64,000 nucleotides of DNA from assembly GCF_006345805.1 (NCBI RefSeq), contig NC_043008.1, forward strand, positions 68,758,001 through 68,822,000. The letters are read 5' to 3'. This DNA comes from Octopus sinensis (taxonomy: Eukaryota). Shown piece after piece: positions 14,210 through 27,906 of the stretch. A program made the translations under genes and the position numbers. How positions within the stretch are numbered: the first letter of the stretch is position 1; each line of letters opens with the position of its first letter. Under the pieces are notes generated by a model. That model saw only the letters and a list, made by a program, of their open reading frames with translations. It was not told where the DNA came from and did no database searches.

Positions 14210-14980
14210 TCATTATACCAACGCTATCTCCTTTTATATTCCTTGTTGTTTAGGGATCATGTAATGTCTGGTAGGAACCTAGGTCTATATTGCTTCTAAT
14301 GTCCCTTCTATGTCAAGGTTTGAAAATGTCTAAAATTTAATTTAATCGAGAGCAAGATTTCATTTTATTTTTAGTTTCGGAACATTAAAAATTTAGTGAT
14401 TTATAGGGTTTATGCTGATAAATAATAATTAGCTAGTAATTACGTAATGGTGGATTTGTGACATATATAATCATAAATTTTATTATAATTATGCCATTTC
14501 TTATAGTTTACTTTTCGTGCTCCCATTAACTTCATATTTTAAGGGTACATCCCCAGTAAGATAACATGTAACAAGGCTACTTAACATCGCTCTCGTCTGA
14601 TTTCAGTTTCCCAGTAAAACACTGATTTGAATTCACTAATAATTATCGCATTAATTATAACACTAATAATTATAAATGCCGTCCATGAACAGCTTAGGTT
14701 TTAGTTCTTAGATCTTCCAGTACTGTTGGCACAAACAGAAAGCCTTCCCCAGACATCTTGATTACCCTCCTTCATCCTGGCTCCACTCTGGTCAACTCCC
14801 ATTGCTATCATGTCGTCCCATAACGTACTGTGTCATGTTCTCTCGGTCATTTTCCTTCTCACGGCGTCCACACCATCACCATAGTGGCATGTCTCTCTTG
14901 CGGTAATAGAAGCACATGGCTAGTAAGCCCTATCCGCCGCACAGTGAACATATCCTGCAAACTTCCCACATCACCTCTTT

Positions 14981-15029
14981 CATCTGCACTGAGGAGATAT
15001 AATTATATCGAAACATTTGTTGAGAGATG
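14981..15029 (+). ncRNA. Hammerhead-like motif with degenerate stem I
   Basis: CTGAGGA-GATAT aatt ATATC-GAAAC attt GT T; outer CATCT/AGATG pairing. Confidence 0.55.
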
Positions 15030-15316
15030 ATGGAAAAAAATGTGCAACGGAAATTTAATAATCCTCAGTATTAATTAGATTTGAAACTTGACTGTATGAT
15101 GTATATTTAAGACGTGCAATATGGGGAGATAAAAAAGGGAAAACATCTATGTTTACGCAGTAAAGAATATTGATCTTTAACTGGATTCGAATGTACGGTG
15201 TATGATTCACATAAGACAATAATTACTTATACACTCAAGAAAAAATAATATTTTAGGAGATGAGAACTGTAGAAGAAAATAATGCCACGTAAAGAATAAA
15301 AAAATACTATTTATCT

Positions 15317-15356
<40 letters not shown>

Positions 15357-15742
15357 ATATATATATATATATATGAGGTTGACCAAAACCTCATGAGTGG
15401 ATTTGGTACACGGAAACTGAAAGAAGCCCGTCTCTCTCTCTCCCTCTCTCTCCCCCCTCTCTCTCCCCCTCTCTCTCTATATATATGTGTATATATATAT
15501 ATATTTGTTGGTGTGAGTGTGTCTTTTTATCAGTGTTTTTGTCCCACCGCCTCTTGACAACCGATATTAGCGATATTACGTGCCACTAAACTACAGGCTC
15601 GGCAAAAGAAATCGATACCACACATATTACTTCAAGGCAGTTCTCCAGCATGACCGCCATCTAGTTCCTGAAACACGGATATATATATAATAATAATATA
15701 TATATTATGTGTGTATACATACATGCGTGCATATATATATAT

Positions 15743-16152
15743 GCGCAGGAGTGGCTGTGTGGTAAGTAGCTTGCCTACCAACCACATGGTTCTGGGTTTA
15801 GTCCCACTGCGTGGCATCTTGGGCAAGTGTCTTCTGCTATAGCCTCGGGCTGACAAATGCCTTGTGAGTGGATTTGGTAGACGGAAACTGAAAGAAGCCC
15901 GTCGTATACATGTATATATATATATGTGTGTGTGTATGTTTGTGAGTCTGTGTGTGTCCCCCCAACATCGCTTGACAACCGATGCTGGTGTGTTTACGTC
16001 CCCGTAACTTAGCGGTCCAGCAAAAGAGACCGATGGAATAAGTACTAGGCTTACAAAGAATAAGTCCTAGGGTCTATTTGCTCGACTATAGGCGGTGCTC
16101 CAGCACGGCCACTGTCAAATGACTGAAACAAGTAAAAGAGTAAAAGAGTAAA
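15743..16152 (+). mobile_element. SINE family A, full length (tRNA-like head, internal microsatellite, CR1-like tail)
   Basis: TGGCTGTGTGGTAAG and GGTTTAGTCCC boxes; tail CTGAAACAAG(TAAAAGAG)n; many copies in window. Confidence 0.85.
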
Positions 16153-16322
16153 GCGTATGTGATATATATATAATATATATATATATGTATATACATGTAT
16201 ATACATATGTTGTATATACATGTATATATATTATGTATAATATATAATATATATATATATATATAATATATATATATATATAATATATATGTGTGTATAT
16301 ATATATGTATAATATAGATATG

Positions 16323-16381
<59 letters not shown>

Positions 16382-16719
16382 CACTAATACACACAGATAT
16401 GTATGTATGCCTGTAAGCATGCATATATGCATGGCTGCAAGTAAGTATCAGTGCATATCGACCGTAAACACTAATGGTATACGTTTTCTGTGAAACAAGC
16501 TGTAACATACTTGTGAGGATGCCTGATTTAGCAGTAAGTGAATCATAGAAAACAGATATACGTCAGGTATTTCATTCAGTGCTGTTTTACATTTACGAGG
16601 TACGAAACGGTGTACGCTCAATTGAAATACAACTAGAAGGAAAAGCTCAAGGGAGGTAATAAATAGACGTGATACCCGATACATATAACAGCTAATCTAT
16701 GTCAGCTTTCCTTTATACA

Positions 16720-17220
16720 TATGTATGTGTGTATGTATGTATGTATGTATGTATGTATGTATGTATGTATGTAGTATGTATGTATGTATGTATGTATGTT
16801 GTGTGTGTGTATTTATGTATGTATGTATGTATGTATGTTTATGTATGTATGTATGTATGTATGTATGTATGTTGTGTGTAGTATGTATGTATGTATGTTG
16901 TTGTGTATGTGTGTGTGTGTGTGCGCGTGTGTGTGTACGTATGTGTGTGTACGTATGTGTGTGTATGTATGTAGGTATATATTTAGGTGTGCGCGGGTAA
17001 CGCCAGCAAAATGTAAATGTATGTATGTATGTATGTATGTGTGTGTGTATGTATGTATGTATGTATGTATGTATGTATGTATGTATGTATGTATGTATGT
17101 GTGTATGTGTGTGTGTGTATGTGCGCGTGTGTGTGTACGCATGTGTATGTACGTACGTGTGTGTGTATGTATGTAGGTATATATTTAGGTGTGCGCGGGT
17201 AACGCCAGCAAAATGTAAAT
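16720..17220. repeat. (TATG)n tract with a tandem duplication of about 200 bp
   Basis: GTAGGTATATATTTAGGTGTGCGCGGGTAACGCCAGCAAAATGTAAAT occurs identically near 16971 and 17173. Confidence 0.85.
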
Positions 17221-17929
17221 AATATATGCGTATGCATATATGCATAAATATACATTAGCGTTTGCATCTGTATGTTGTTTACATTTTCGGGGGTGTATAT
17301 GTAAGTGCACATACACACACACACATACACACTCAAAGACACATACAAACATACACACACTATCGTACATTCAGTTCCCAAGAGAGTAATTCTGACGAAC
17401 GTATAATTGTATATATACATCTACGCGTGCGTGTGTGTGTGAGAGAGAGAGAGAAAGAGGGAAAGGGAGCGAGAGATAGAGATAGAGGGGAGAGAGTCAG
17501 TGCGGTGGGGGTAGGTGTGTAAGTAGAACTTGGAAGATGGGAGAAGAAACAAAGTTGAACTTGCAAATTCGCTAGGATATATAAATATTCTGTCACCACC
17601 CACACACACAAACGCAGATATGTTTTTTGTCAAAAGATGCGTACACACACACACAAATATATACACTCACGGATAGATAAATACATACATACATCCGTGT
17701 ATTTGTATGTATATATACATATGCGTGTGTATTCAAATTTGCGCAGCTGTCGGAAAGGCATGGAGTACAGCATGGAACAGAAATTAAGAAGAATGTCAAG
17801 TATATCTATCAAAAATACAATTATTCCTAACTTTGCGTCAGATTCGCAAGGAAGCTGTGGAATCGTTATAAAGAACCACGAGTGTGGGAGAAATCAGTTG
17901 ATATCAATATGAAGTTAAGGGTGTCAGAG

Positions 17930-18300
17930 ATGGACACCAGCCTCCGATGGAGTGCAGCAAATTCTTTTTCGAGACAGCTCGTCTATTTTCTCCCACCTGG
18001 AACCTACTTCTCACCCGTAACTTCACGAATTTTCTGCACGCACAGCGCACCACCTGTTCGATAAATAGAATAGGACCGTACAAAGACGACGGTCTATTGG
18101 TTTCACAGAGCTACAATGGACGCATAAGCTACTATTCTCAGGAAAAAAATACACCCCCCACCAAATAACTAACATAACCATTTTCTGAAAGTTTGATCTC
18201 TAAGTATCCATAGAAACCAGCCTGGTATCTGCCGACTTCCTGCGTACGATGATAAATCTAATCTCCGGCTCTTGGAAGCCATATAACTTGCCTACTCATG
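17930..18300 (+). mobile_element. Penelope-like RT relic
   Basis: IGPYKDDGLL (Y at 18079) followed by ETSLVSADFL...NLISGSWKPYNLP, resembling PLE GLYRDDGL / DFLD / SYKPY motifs. Confidence 0.55.
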
Positions 18301-18509
18301 GAGCTATTCTCGGTTGCAATTTGGTAACCCTCTTATATCTTCTAGGGGCCGAAATGGTTTTAATACATCAAGAATTTATGTTGTATGCTATTTGCTATAC
18401 GTGTATTTATTTATGTTCTTCACATACATGGCCATCCTGAGTTATCTCTCTTAGCTCAGTTTTCTTATGTATGTATGTATGTATGTATGTATGTATGTAT
18501 GTATGTATG

Positions 18510-18541
<32 letters not shown>

Positions 18542-18697
18542 TCTATCTATCTATCTATCTATCTCAAAAATTATTAACCAAATATCTATAAACTCAAAAC
18601 TTGAAGTAGCGATTTGTTTGTGAAGATACAGCTTTGAATTAATATAACTGAATATGAAAAAGTGTTGGAGGTAAAATATAGGAATAATATGTGAATA

Positions 18698-18790
<93 letters not shown>

Positions 18791-18869
18791 TAATTAATAA
18801 TGTTTGAGTGGCAGTTCTAACAATGTGAGGGTAGTTAGAATGATGTGTGAGTAATCATAACAATGGTAC

Positions 18870-19127
18870 TGATATTAATTGAAGGTAAAATATTTCTACG
18901 ATCCCACTTCTAAGGAAGTTATATCAACGAGAAATAAACGAACGTCTTTTTTTATTCATAAAAAAAGTGACGTTCGTAACAACAGCCAAAGGGAGGATTT
19001 CATTATGATTTAATGTTGGAATGTTTGGAAAGCATGTTCAATCATCGATATTATAGTATCTTCTTCATCTATTTCTTTGAGAGAAATAAAGAAGAGTTAA
19101 GAACATTCTTGAATATTCCTAAAGAAC
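18870..19127. repeat. About 258-bp segment duplicated in inverted orientation at 22557-22815
   Basis: About four differences counted by eye. Confidence 0.9.
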
Positions 19128-19170
19128 AACGCGCACATACATTATAAACGTAATGAAGGATAAAAAGAAA

Positions 19171-19231
<61 letters not shown>

Positions 19232-19279
19232 TATATATATATATATGTATACATATGTATAGGTATATATGTATTTACA

Positions 19280-19344
<65 letters not shown>

Positions 19345-19888
19345 ATATATTATGTTGTATATGTGTATTATATATATATGTATGTATACGCACCATATAT
19401 AGATATACATGCATATACATATATATATACACACACATATATATATATGTTCATTCTTCTTTATATCCATATCTATCGGCCTATCACCCAATCTCTCTCT
19501 CTCTCTCTATCTATCAATCCATACCATCCATCCATTTTCGCCACCCACTATTCCTACAAGTGTTGCAGTGGTAGAGTCGTGAGGTACCTCTTTCACAGGA
19601 GAGCGCTGAATACGTTGCACTAAATTTAGACAATAATGAATCACAAAAGAAACAAACGTGTGAAACAAATTCACAAGTAGTAAATATTGAGAGTCTGTAA
19701 AAGTGGGTTTTTTTCGTTATTAGATCCAACCCAAACGAATCAATCAAATATGGTGTGAAAGAACAGTTGGGATATTTGTTCACAAAGGGTGGGCATAAAG
19801 CTATCAATTTTGAGAAGGTTTACATGATAAAAAGAGAACATTAATCAAATATTGAGAAATGCTAAAAAAAATGTAAAAGTATTGAATA

Positions 19889-20286
19889 GTAAGTAGCTTG
19901 CTAACCATCCACATGGTTCCGGGTTCAGTCCCACTGCGTGGCACCTTGGACAAGTGTCTTCTACTATAGCCTCGGGCCGACCAAAGCATTGTGAGTGGAT
20001 TTGGTAGACGGAAACTGAAAGAAGCCCGTCGTATATATGTATATATATGTATATGTATGTGTGTGTGCATATGTTTGTGTGTCTGTGTTTGTCCCCCCAA
20101 CATCACTTGACAACCGATGCTGGTGTGTTTACGTCCCCGTAACTTAGCGGTTCGGCAAAAAAGACCGATAGAATAAGTACTAGGCTTACAAAGAATAATT
20201 TCTGGGGTCGATTTGCTCGACTAAAAGGTGGTGCTTCAGCATGGCCACAGTCAAATGACTGAAACAAGTAAGAGAGTAAAAGAGTA
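19889..20286 (+). mobile_element. SINE family A copy
   Basis: Colinear with 15743-16152. Confidence 0.85.
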
Positions 20287-20477
20287 TAGCAAAAAAAAAA
20301 CAACACAGGTTACAGGACAACAGTGTTACTGAATATAGCACAATATATCACAACAAAATCCTAAACAGTGATACAACAAATCGCAGAAAGATCACAAACC
20401 ATCACACAAGAGATCGCAAGAAAATCACCCTGTGATATAGTGGATTAAGCATTTTTTCTTTTCAGGTGAAGCCGTGG

Positions 20478-20828
20478 CTCTGTGGACGATAGAACATCGC
20501 GTGTTTGCCTAAGACAGTTACGTGAATCATAACGAGTCCATCACAGCTGTCCAGCGTGAGTTTCGGCGCCACTTCAACATTCCCCGCAATCAGGCTGTTC
20601 CCACACGTAGCACAATCTTACGTTGGGTGAATGCACTTCGAACTCGAGGTACACTAATGGACAGAGGACCGGTGGGGGCGCCGCGAACGGTACGGATCTC
20701 AGAAAATGAGGAACGCGTCAGACAAGCTTTGATACGGAATCCGAATTGCTCTGCTCGGAGGCATTCCACTGAATTTGGCATCGGTAATCGATCGGTATGG
20801 CGTATTTTGCATGAAGACCTGCATTTTT
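20478..20828 (+). mobile_element. N-terminal HTH fragment of a Tc1/mariner-superfamily transposase (DUF4817 / DD41D-like)
   Basis: NESITAVQREFRRHFNIPRNQAVPTRSTILRWVNALRTRGTL...GAPRTVR...ENEERVRQAL...SARRHS...WRILHEDLHF; truncated by (AAT)n. Confidence 0.75.
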
Positions 20829-21061
20829 ATAATAATAATAATAATAATGTTTACAAATTTTGTCACAAGGGCAAAAATTTTGAGGGAGGAGTTAGTCGAT
20901 TACATTGACCCGTCTGCAACTGGTACTTATTTTATCGACCCCGAAAATGTAAAATCGACCTCGGCGGAATTTGAACTCAGAACGTAGCGACGGACGAAAT
21001 ACTACCAAGCATTTGGTCCGGCGTGCTAACTATTCTGCCAGCTCATTGCCTTAATAATAAC

Positions 21062-21123
<62 letters not shown>

Positions 21124-21167
21124 CGACGACGACGATGATGATGATGGTAATAATAATAATAATAATA

Positions 21168-21640
21168 GATGAGACTTGGAGTCAACTTGTACAAATACAA
21201 AGCAAAAGTCAAACATATAAGAATAATAATATGAATGAAAGTTCTCGAAAATGGTGGAGTCAGTTTGTTATGGCACTTTGCTTTACAAACTGAAAGAACA
21301 CTCCATGCTGGATATTGTAGTCGGTGAGAAGAATAAGAAACTATGTATTGTAATCAACATAGCATGACCTTTTGATATTAATGTAAAAAAAAAAAGAAAA
21401 AAATGGCGTATTGTACCGTACTGAAGTATGAAATTCCCAAGTGCTGGAACAGAAAAGTTATCAAGAACATAATCTTGACAACTATTATTAGGGTTTTGGA
21501 AACAGCGACAAAATTTTGAGAGTAGACCTTGGAAAATTTGATCTTAATCTAGGAATGGGCACGGTGCAGAAACATATTTACTAGGTTTAGCAAAAATTAT
21601 CTGGAAAGTTCTCAATACAAAGATAGAACAGATATGAGAG
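21168..21640 (+). mobile_element. R4/Dong-like LINE 3' fragments
   Basis: 21168-21235 matches the 3' tail of the 51061-52640 element; a degenerate RLE-like segment follows (KVLENGGVSLLW..., KKLCIVINIA.PFD). Confidence 0.55.
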
Positions 21641-21755
21641 CAGAAAAAAAAATTATATAGCAGGTATAAACTGTTTGCCTTCTAGATTACAAACGGTGTT
21701 TCGATAGGAAGCATAATTATACCAGATAAAACACCATTGCTATGTTGTAGCATAG

Positions 21756-21802
<47 letters not shown>

Positions 21803-21922
21803 TAATAATGATAATAATAATAATAATAATAATAATAATTAATATAATAATAATAAATAATAATAATAATAATAAATAATAATAATAATAATAATAGTAG
21901 TAGTAGTAGTAATAATATGATG

Positions 21923-21971
<49 letters not shown>

Positions 21972-22084
21972 TAATAATAATAAAAAATTCTTGTTTTATT
22001 GGCCACAAGGGCTAACATAAATAAAAAAACAATAATCTTAACTAATTGGGTGTGTTATCATGTATGTTCTTTTGTCTTGGTATG

Positions 22085-22378
22085 AAAGATGGGCCACAGC
22101 AAATATTCTCCTCAATACTACAAATTTGCTTGTCAGTTGTTTGACCTTAACCAGTTGAGCATGTCCCTTAGTGGCTGACGATATGTGCATCTCTAATCTC
22201 GAGCAGAAGTAGTGGGGGAGCATCATAGACATGTGTTGGGAGTAATTCTTTGGAGTTTGGAAACATGAGTGTTTCGTTCAGGCACATATAGCTATGATGT
22301 ACCCTTATCAGATGGGTATACTGGGCTTCGTATATTTTACCCCGTTAAGTTTGATGGCATGCACTGCTCCCTAACTCA
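22085..22378 (+). mobile_element. (TAA)n-embedded repeat, reverse-complement homologue of 50521-50985
   Basis: Shared blocks such as GTCAGTTGTTTGACCTTAACCAGTTGAGCATGTCCCTTA; internal deletions. Confidence 0.8.
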
Positions 22379-22388
22379 GTAATAATAA

Positions 22389-22462
<74 letters not shown>

Positions 22463-22486
22463 CATAATAATAATAATAATAATAAT

Positions 22487-22527
<41 letters not shown>

Positions 22528-22811
22528 GAAAAATAGCCTCGAAATTGAAGTGTGGTGTTCTTTAGGAATATTCAAGAATGTTCTTAGCTCTTCTTTATTT
22601 CTCTCAAAGAAATAGATGAAGAAGATACTATAATATCGATGATTGAACATGCTTTCCAAACATTCCAACATTAAATCATAATGAAATCCTCCCTTTGGCT
22701 GTTGTTACGAACGTCACATTTTTTATGAATAAAAAAAGATGTTCGTTTATTTCTCGTTGATATAACTTCCTTAGAAGTGGGATCGTAGAAATATTTTTAC
22801 CTTCAATTAAT

Positions 22812-23060
22812 ATCAAGATATGGAGTATGAAGGTAAAAACAATACCAATAATAGTTGGAGCATTGGGCATGATAAAAAACATATGAAGGAAAACCTAGAA
22901 GCTATACCTGGTTCCTCAACACTACGCCCTATCTCAAAAATAGTCCTGCCAGAAAGAGCTCACATCCTACGTATGACAGTATCGATTCATTAATACAACA
23001 GAACAACTCACAAACACAGGAACACTAGAAATATGCATGCCATTTCTCCTTTTTAAAATA
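22812..23060 (+). mobile_element. R4/Dong-like C-terminal fragment
   Basis: WSMKVKTIPIIVGALGMIK...LEAIPG...KIVL..RAHILR parallels the C-terminus encoded at 51230-51631. Confidence 0.7.
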
Positions 23061-23329
23061 TAATATATTGAACCAATGTATCTTAGGTTAATATCCTTAT
23101 AAGAGGTTTAAATATCCTCATTGTGACTGTATATATATATATCTATACGACAGGCTTCTTTTACTTTCCGTCTATCAAATCCACACTGAACCCCAAACCA
23201 TTCGGTTGGGAAGCAAGCTTCTTACCACTCAGCCATACGTACATTCGTAATACATAAAAATGTACATATATATACAGTATATACGTATGTGTATTATATA
23301 TATATATTATATATATATATATATTATAT

Positions 23330-23369
<40 letters not shown>

Positions 23370-23386
23370 CGTATATGTATATATGC

Positions 23387-23418
<32 letters not shown>

Positions 23419-23663
23419 TCATATAATATACTTTATTTAAAAGCAGCAGAAATTTAACAAAAGCTGTTACTCGGAGTTTCACGTTCACGTTCCGTTTTTA
23501 ACAAAATTGTCCGACGAACGGAACGTGAAATTCGAGAGTACACCTTTTGCTAGATTTCTGCTGCTTTTAAATAAAGCACTGGTATTTGAGTACTCTTTTT
23601 TCCACGTTGTTTCACATTTATGTGTTTACTCCGGTGTATTCATATATATATATATATGTATAT

Positions 23664-23731
<68 letters not shown>

Positions 23732-23771
23732 TAATATATATATATATATATATATATTAATATATATATAT

Positions 23772-24744
23772 ATATTGTTGTATTTCGGAATGGTCATTTT
23801 GCCAGTTTAGCCAATAAAAACACACGCACTATATATTTGGTGTTACTTTGCTTCAGTGTTATTTATTTTTTACATTAATCTTAATCTTATTTCGGCCAGA
23901 GTTCTTTCGTCACACTCCTGTGACCGCATCAGTGGTCCTTTGTTTTCCTCTTACTTATTTGTGTCTCTCCTTACTAACCGTCAGCCATTTTGTATTTCTA
24001 TTGTATGTCTTCATTTGCGCATGCTTATATCTCTATGTGCGTTTATGTTTATTTAGTGTGTGTATGTGGGGGATGCCTGTAATATTTGTATCTTCTGTTT
24101 ATATATGTTCATGTAATTTGTAATTTTATATGTTCATGTAATTTGTTCATGTAATTTGTGATTTGTATTTTGTTTTTTGTTTTGTTTTTTTTTCGATTCA
24201 ATTTATTATTATTATTACTAGTATTGTTGTTATACATACATACATACACACAAGCATATGTAATGATAATAATGGGTGGATGTAAACACATGAACAAAAT
24301 AAGAATAAACAAAAACAACAAAAACAAAAAACAAAACAAAAAACAAAATACAAAATACAAATTACATGAACAAATTACATGAACATATAAAATTACAAAT
24401 TACATGAACATATATAAACAGAAGATACAAATATTACAGGCATCCCCCACATACACACACTAAATAAACATAAAGGCACATAGAGATATATAAGCATGCG
24501 CAAATGAAGAATACAATAGAAATACAAAATGGTGACGGTTAGTAAGGAGAGACACAAATAAGTAAGAAGAAAACAAAGGACCACTGATGCGGTCACAGGA
24601 GTGTGACGAAAGAACTCTGGCCGAAATAAGATTAAGATTAATGTAAAAAATAAATAACACTGAAGCAAAGTAACACCAAATATATAGTGCGTGTGTTTTT
24701 ATTGGCCTAAACTGGCAAAATACCATTCCTAAATACAACAATAT
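23772..24744. mobile_element. Young fold-back element, arms about 420 bp, identical hammerhead variant in each arm
   Basis: About 23772-24190 versus about 24325-24744 are near-identical reverse complements; motif at 23894-23938 (minus) and 24578-24622 (plus). Confidence 0.85.
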
Positions 24745-24804
24745 CTGTTTCAACACACGACTTCACATAAAAAATCTTGCACAACAAATATTTAAACGCT
24801 ATAT

Positions 24805-24848
<44 letters not shown>

Positions 24849-24959
24849 CATATCAAAGGGAAATGGAATTTAATTAAAATTAAAATATTCAATCAAAATT
24901 TACATTTCCAGTGGTCTAACGTGCAAAAAAAATTAGTCAAGAAGACTATATATTAGTCA

Positions 24960-25290
24960 TACGATATAGTGTATATTTATACACATAAGGAATCCACTTA
25001 ACGTGAATTCAACACATTAGAAAGAACAGCTAGGTTCTGTAAACCACAAAAATAACGGATAAAATTCGACTGGAATAAATTTGGAAATGAAAAACATTTA
25101 CCATCTAGTACCCTGGGCCAATTGGTTTCTGCTCATGTTTTAGCGAGTCAGGGGGAACTCACAAGGTCTGATTTTCTTCAGCAAGGTCCAACCTAGGGTA
25201 AAACATATCCAACAGGAGACAAACAAGGCTACCTGTCTCGTGTTCACGTTAAGTGGATTCCTTATGTGTATAAATATACACTATATCGTA
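24960..25290. mobile_element. 331-bp element with perfect 48-bp inverted termini
   Basis: 24960-25007 is the exact reverse complement of 25243-25290. Confidence 0.8.
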
Positions 25291-25326
25291 TATATATATA
25301 TATACACACACACATATATATATATG

Positions 25327-25359
<33 letters not shown>

Positions 25360-25401
25360 CATGCATATATATATATATATACATGCATATATATATATAC
25401 A

Positions 25402-25475
<74 letters not shown>

Positions 25476-26169
25476 TAATTAATTATTTCCTAGTAGAAGT
25501 GACAGAGTGACTCAAGGGTCGAGTGTTTCAAATTAACAAGTGCTAACGCACAAAACCCTTGGCGCTTGAGTTACTCTATTACTTTAGCTAAATATAAAAT
25601 ACATATATATATTCTCATGTTCTGCGTTCTATTTTCTGTTTGCATCGCTAAATGCATATATATATATATATAATATAAGTACATATATATATAAGTACAT
25701 GTGTGTGTGTGTGTGTGTGTGCGTGTGTGTGTGTATGTGTGTGTATCAAAAACGGAGAAAAAATACAGAGGAAAAGTTTCCACAAAGGGATGAGAAATAG
25801 TAGCCAACACCTCATTGACACACGAACACGTTATTGTTGCCGCAAGCGATGTCTGCGTATCCAAATCAATGAACAAATAAGATGGAAATATAATGAAAAT
25901 CCATGCCAATGGCAAAATATGAAAAAGATGACAATAGATTTTTATTATGAAATACTTACAGAAATATAAGCTGCAGGCGTGTGTTGTTTTTGTAGATCAG
26001 CCCACACAGAACATGTTAGCGGGTGCAGGAGACAGGCAGTGGAATTGGAACAATAGCGAACGGGAAGAGACTTAGGCTGTATTGACAGAGTCAACTAGTG
26101 GTGTTATTTGCGTGTAAACAAGGACCCAAGCTGTTTTCGTGTTTTATTTTCTGTTTAATTATATTTTGT

Positions 26170-26935
26170 TTTACGCGGGTCGGCTGAAAAGTTAATAGGC
26201 TGACCAAGATACTCTCATGGAATGTGATTAAACGAGGTTTATTTTCAACATAGTCCCCTTTGCTGTCCACACACTTCTTCCTTTGGTGTTGCAGTGATTG
26301 GATCCCATTAATGTACAAGATTCTATCCTGTTGGTCAAAAAAGCCCTCAGCTGCAAATATGACATCATCATCGCTGCGATACTAGTTTCCAGCCAAATGC
26401 TTTTTCCTGTTAGGGAACAAATGATAGTCAGGTGGGGCCACATCTGAAGAGTAGTGGTGGTAGTTGTGTGAAGGGGGGGCAGTGATCAGCAAGTTCAAGG
26501 ACATAGTGACGCACAGCAGCCATTGTAACCAAGAACATGTGTGTTGGAGCATTGTCTCTTGGAAACAAGACCTCTTTTGTCAGTTTTCCTGGCTGTTTGG
26601 TCTTGATAGCCTCAGAAAATTGGTATAGTACTCTGCATTGATGGTGTTCTGATCTTGAAGATAGTCAATAAATACCATGCCTATTCCATCCCCCAAAACA
26701 GAAGTCATCACCTTCTTGTTTCACGATATTTGTTAATAGCATTGGGTATTTGATTTATAGTAAATCACCTGTCATCTTTCAGCATCTGGTGAACGCAATC
26801 AATGTTTTAGTCGGTGGTGACAGTTGTAGGACGTCTAAATATCGGGTAATCTTCAAGATTCTTCCGTCTTCGCCTAAATTCAACTGTTCACTTTTGAACT
26901 GTTGATGAAGCTGAAAAGTCATCCTCTAATCTAGC
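26170..26935 (-). mobile_element. Mariner (DD34D-like) transposase 3' relic with TIR
   Basis: Minus-strand DNAPTH, PDVAP-like segment, GIQSLQHQRKKCVDSKGDYVE; terminal GGGTCGGCTGAAAAGTT. Confidence 0.75.
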
Positions 26936-26948
26936 AATGATGTCAGTA

Positions 26949-27431
<483 letters not shown>

Positions 27432-27673
27432 TCGGGACTAAATCCTTTTTCTTCAGGAACTTGATACCAACATAATGCCAAATTTTGTCCATTTTCAAGA
27501 AAAGTTGCTATTTGTTACTTTTGAAGTGTTGTTTGAGCAGAAAGATGTCAGTTTACTTGGAAAGAAGCAAAGCAGTTATTAATACAGAGCTGAGATGAAG
27601 GCATGCAAGATTCCACAGCTTTAGCATCACTCCTTCATTGTCAGCCTATGAACTTTTCAGCTGAACCTCGTAA

Positions 27674-27906
27674 CCCTTTGAACCTGCTAATGCGTTTTAG
27701 AGGGTGCGATTTCGCTTGAGTGCACTCCTGGAATACGCAAAAGAGGATGGCCATGTGGCGTTGTGTTTATGGCTGAAAGCAACTATGCTTCCGCTAAGGA
27801 AAACGCGCTGTAAATGCAAGACCATATGGTCACCGGCTTTTGTGCTCTATAGGAAAATAGTCAAACAAAATCGTACCCACCAAAACGTACTTGCGCGTTA
27901 AAAGGG
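27674..27906. mobile_element. Possible piggyBac-like MITE
   Basis: GTAA|CCCTTT...AAAGGG|TTAA ends; left target duplication imperfect. Confidence 0.4.

Noticed and set aside
15743-15815. tRNA genes at SINE heads
   Set aside because: A and B boxes are present, but they run directly into SINE bodies and do not form complete cloverleafs.
16583-16625. Hammerhead-like AGTG CTG...GTAC GAAAC GGT GTA CGCT
   Set aside because: Stems I and III are plausible, but the CUGANGA box is not recoverable.
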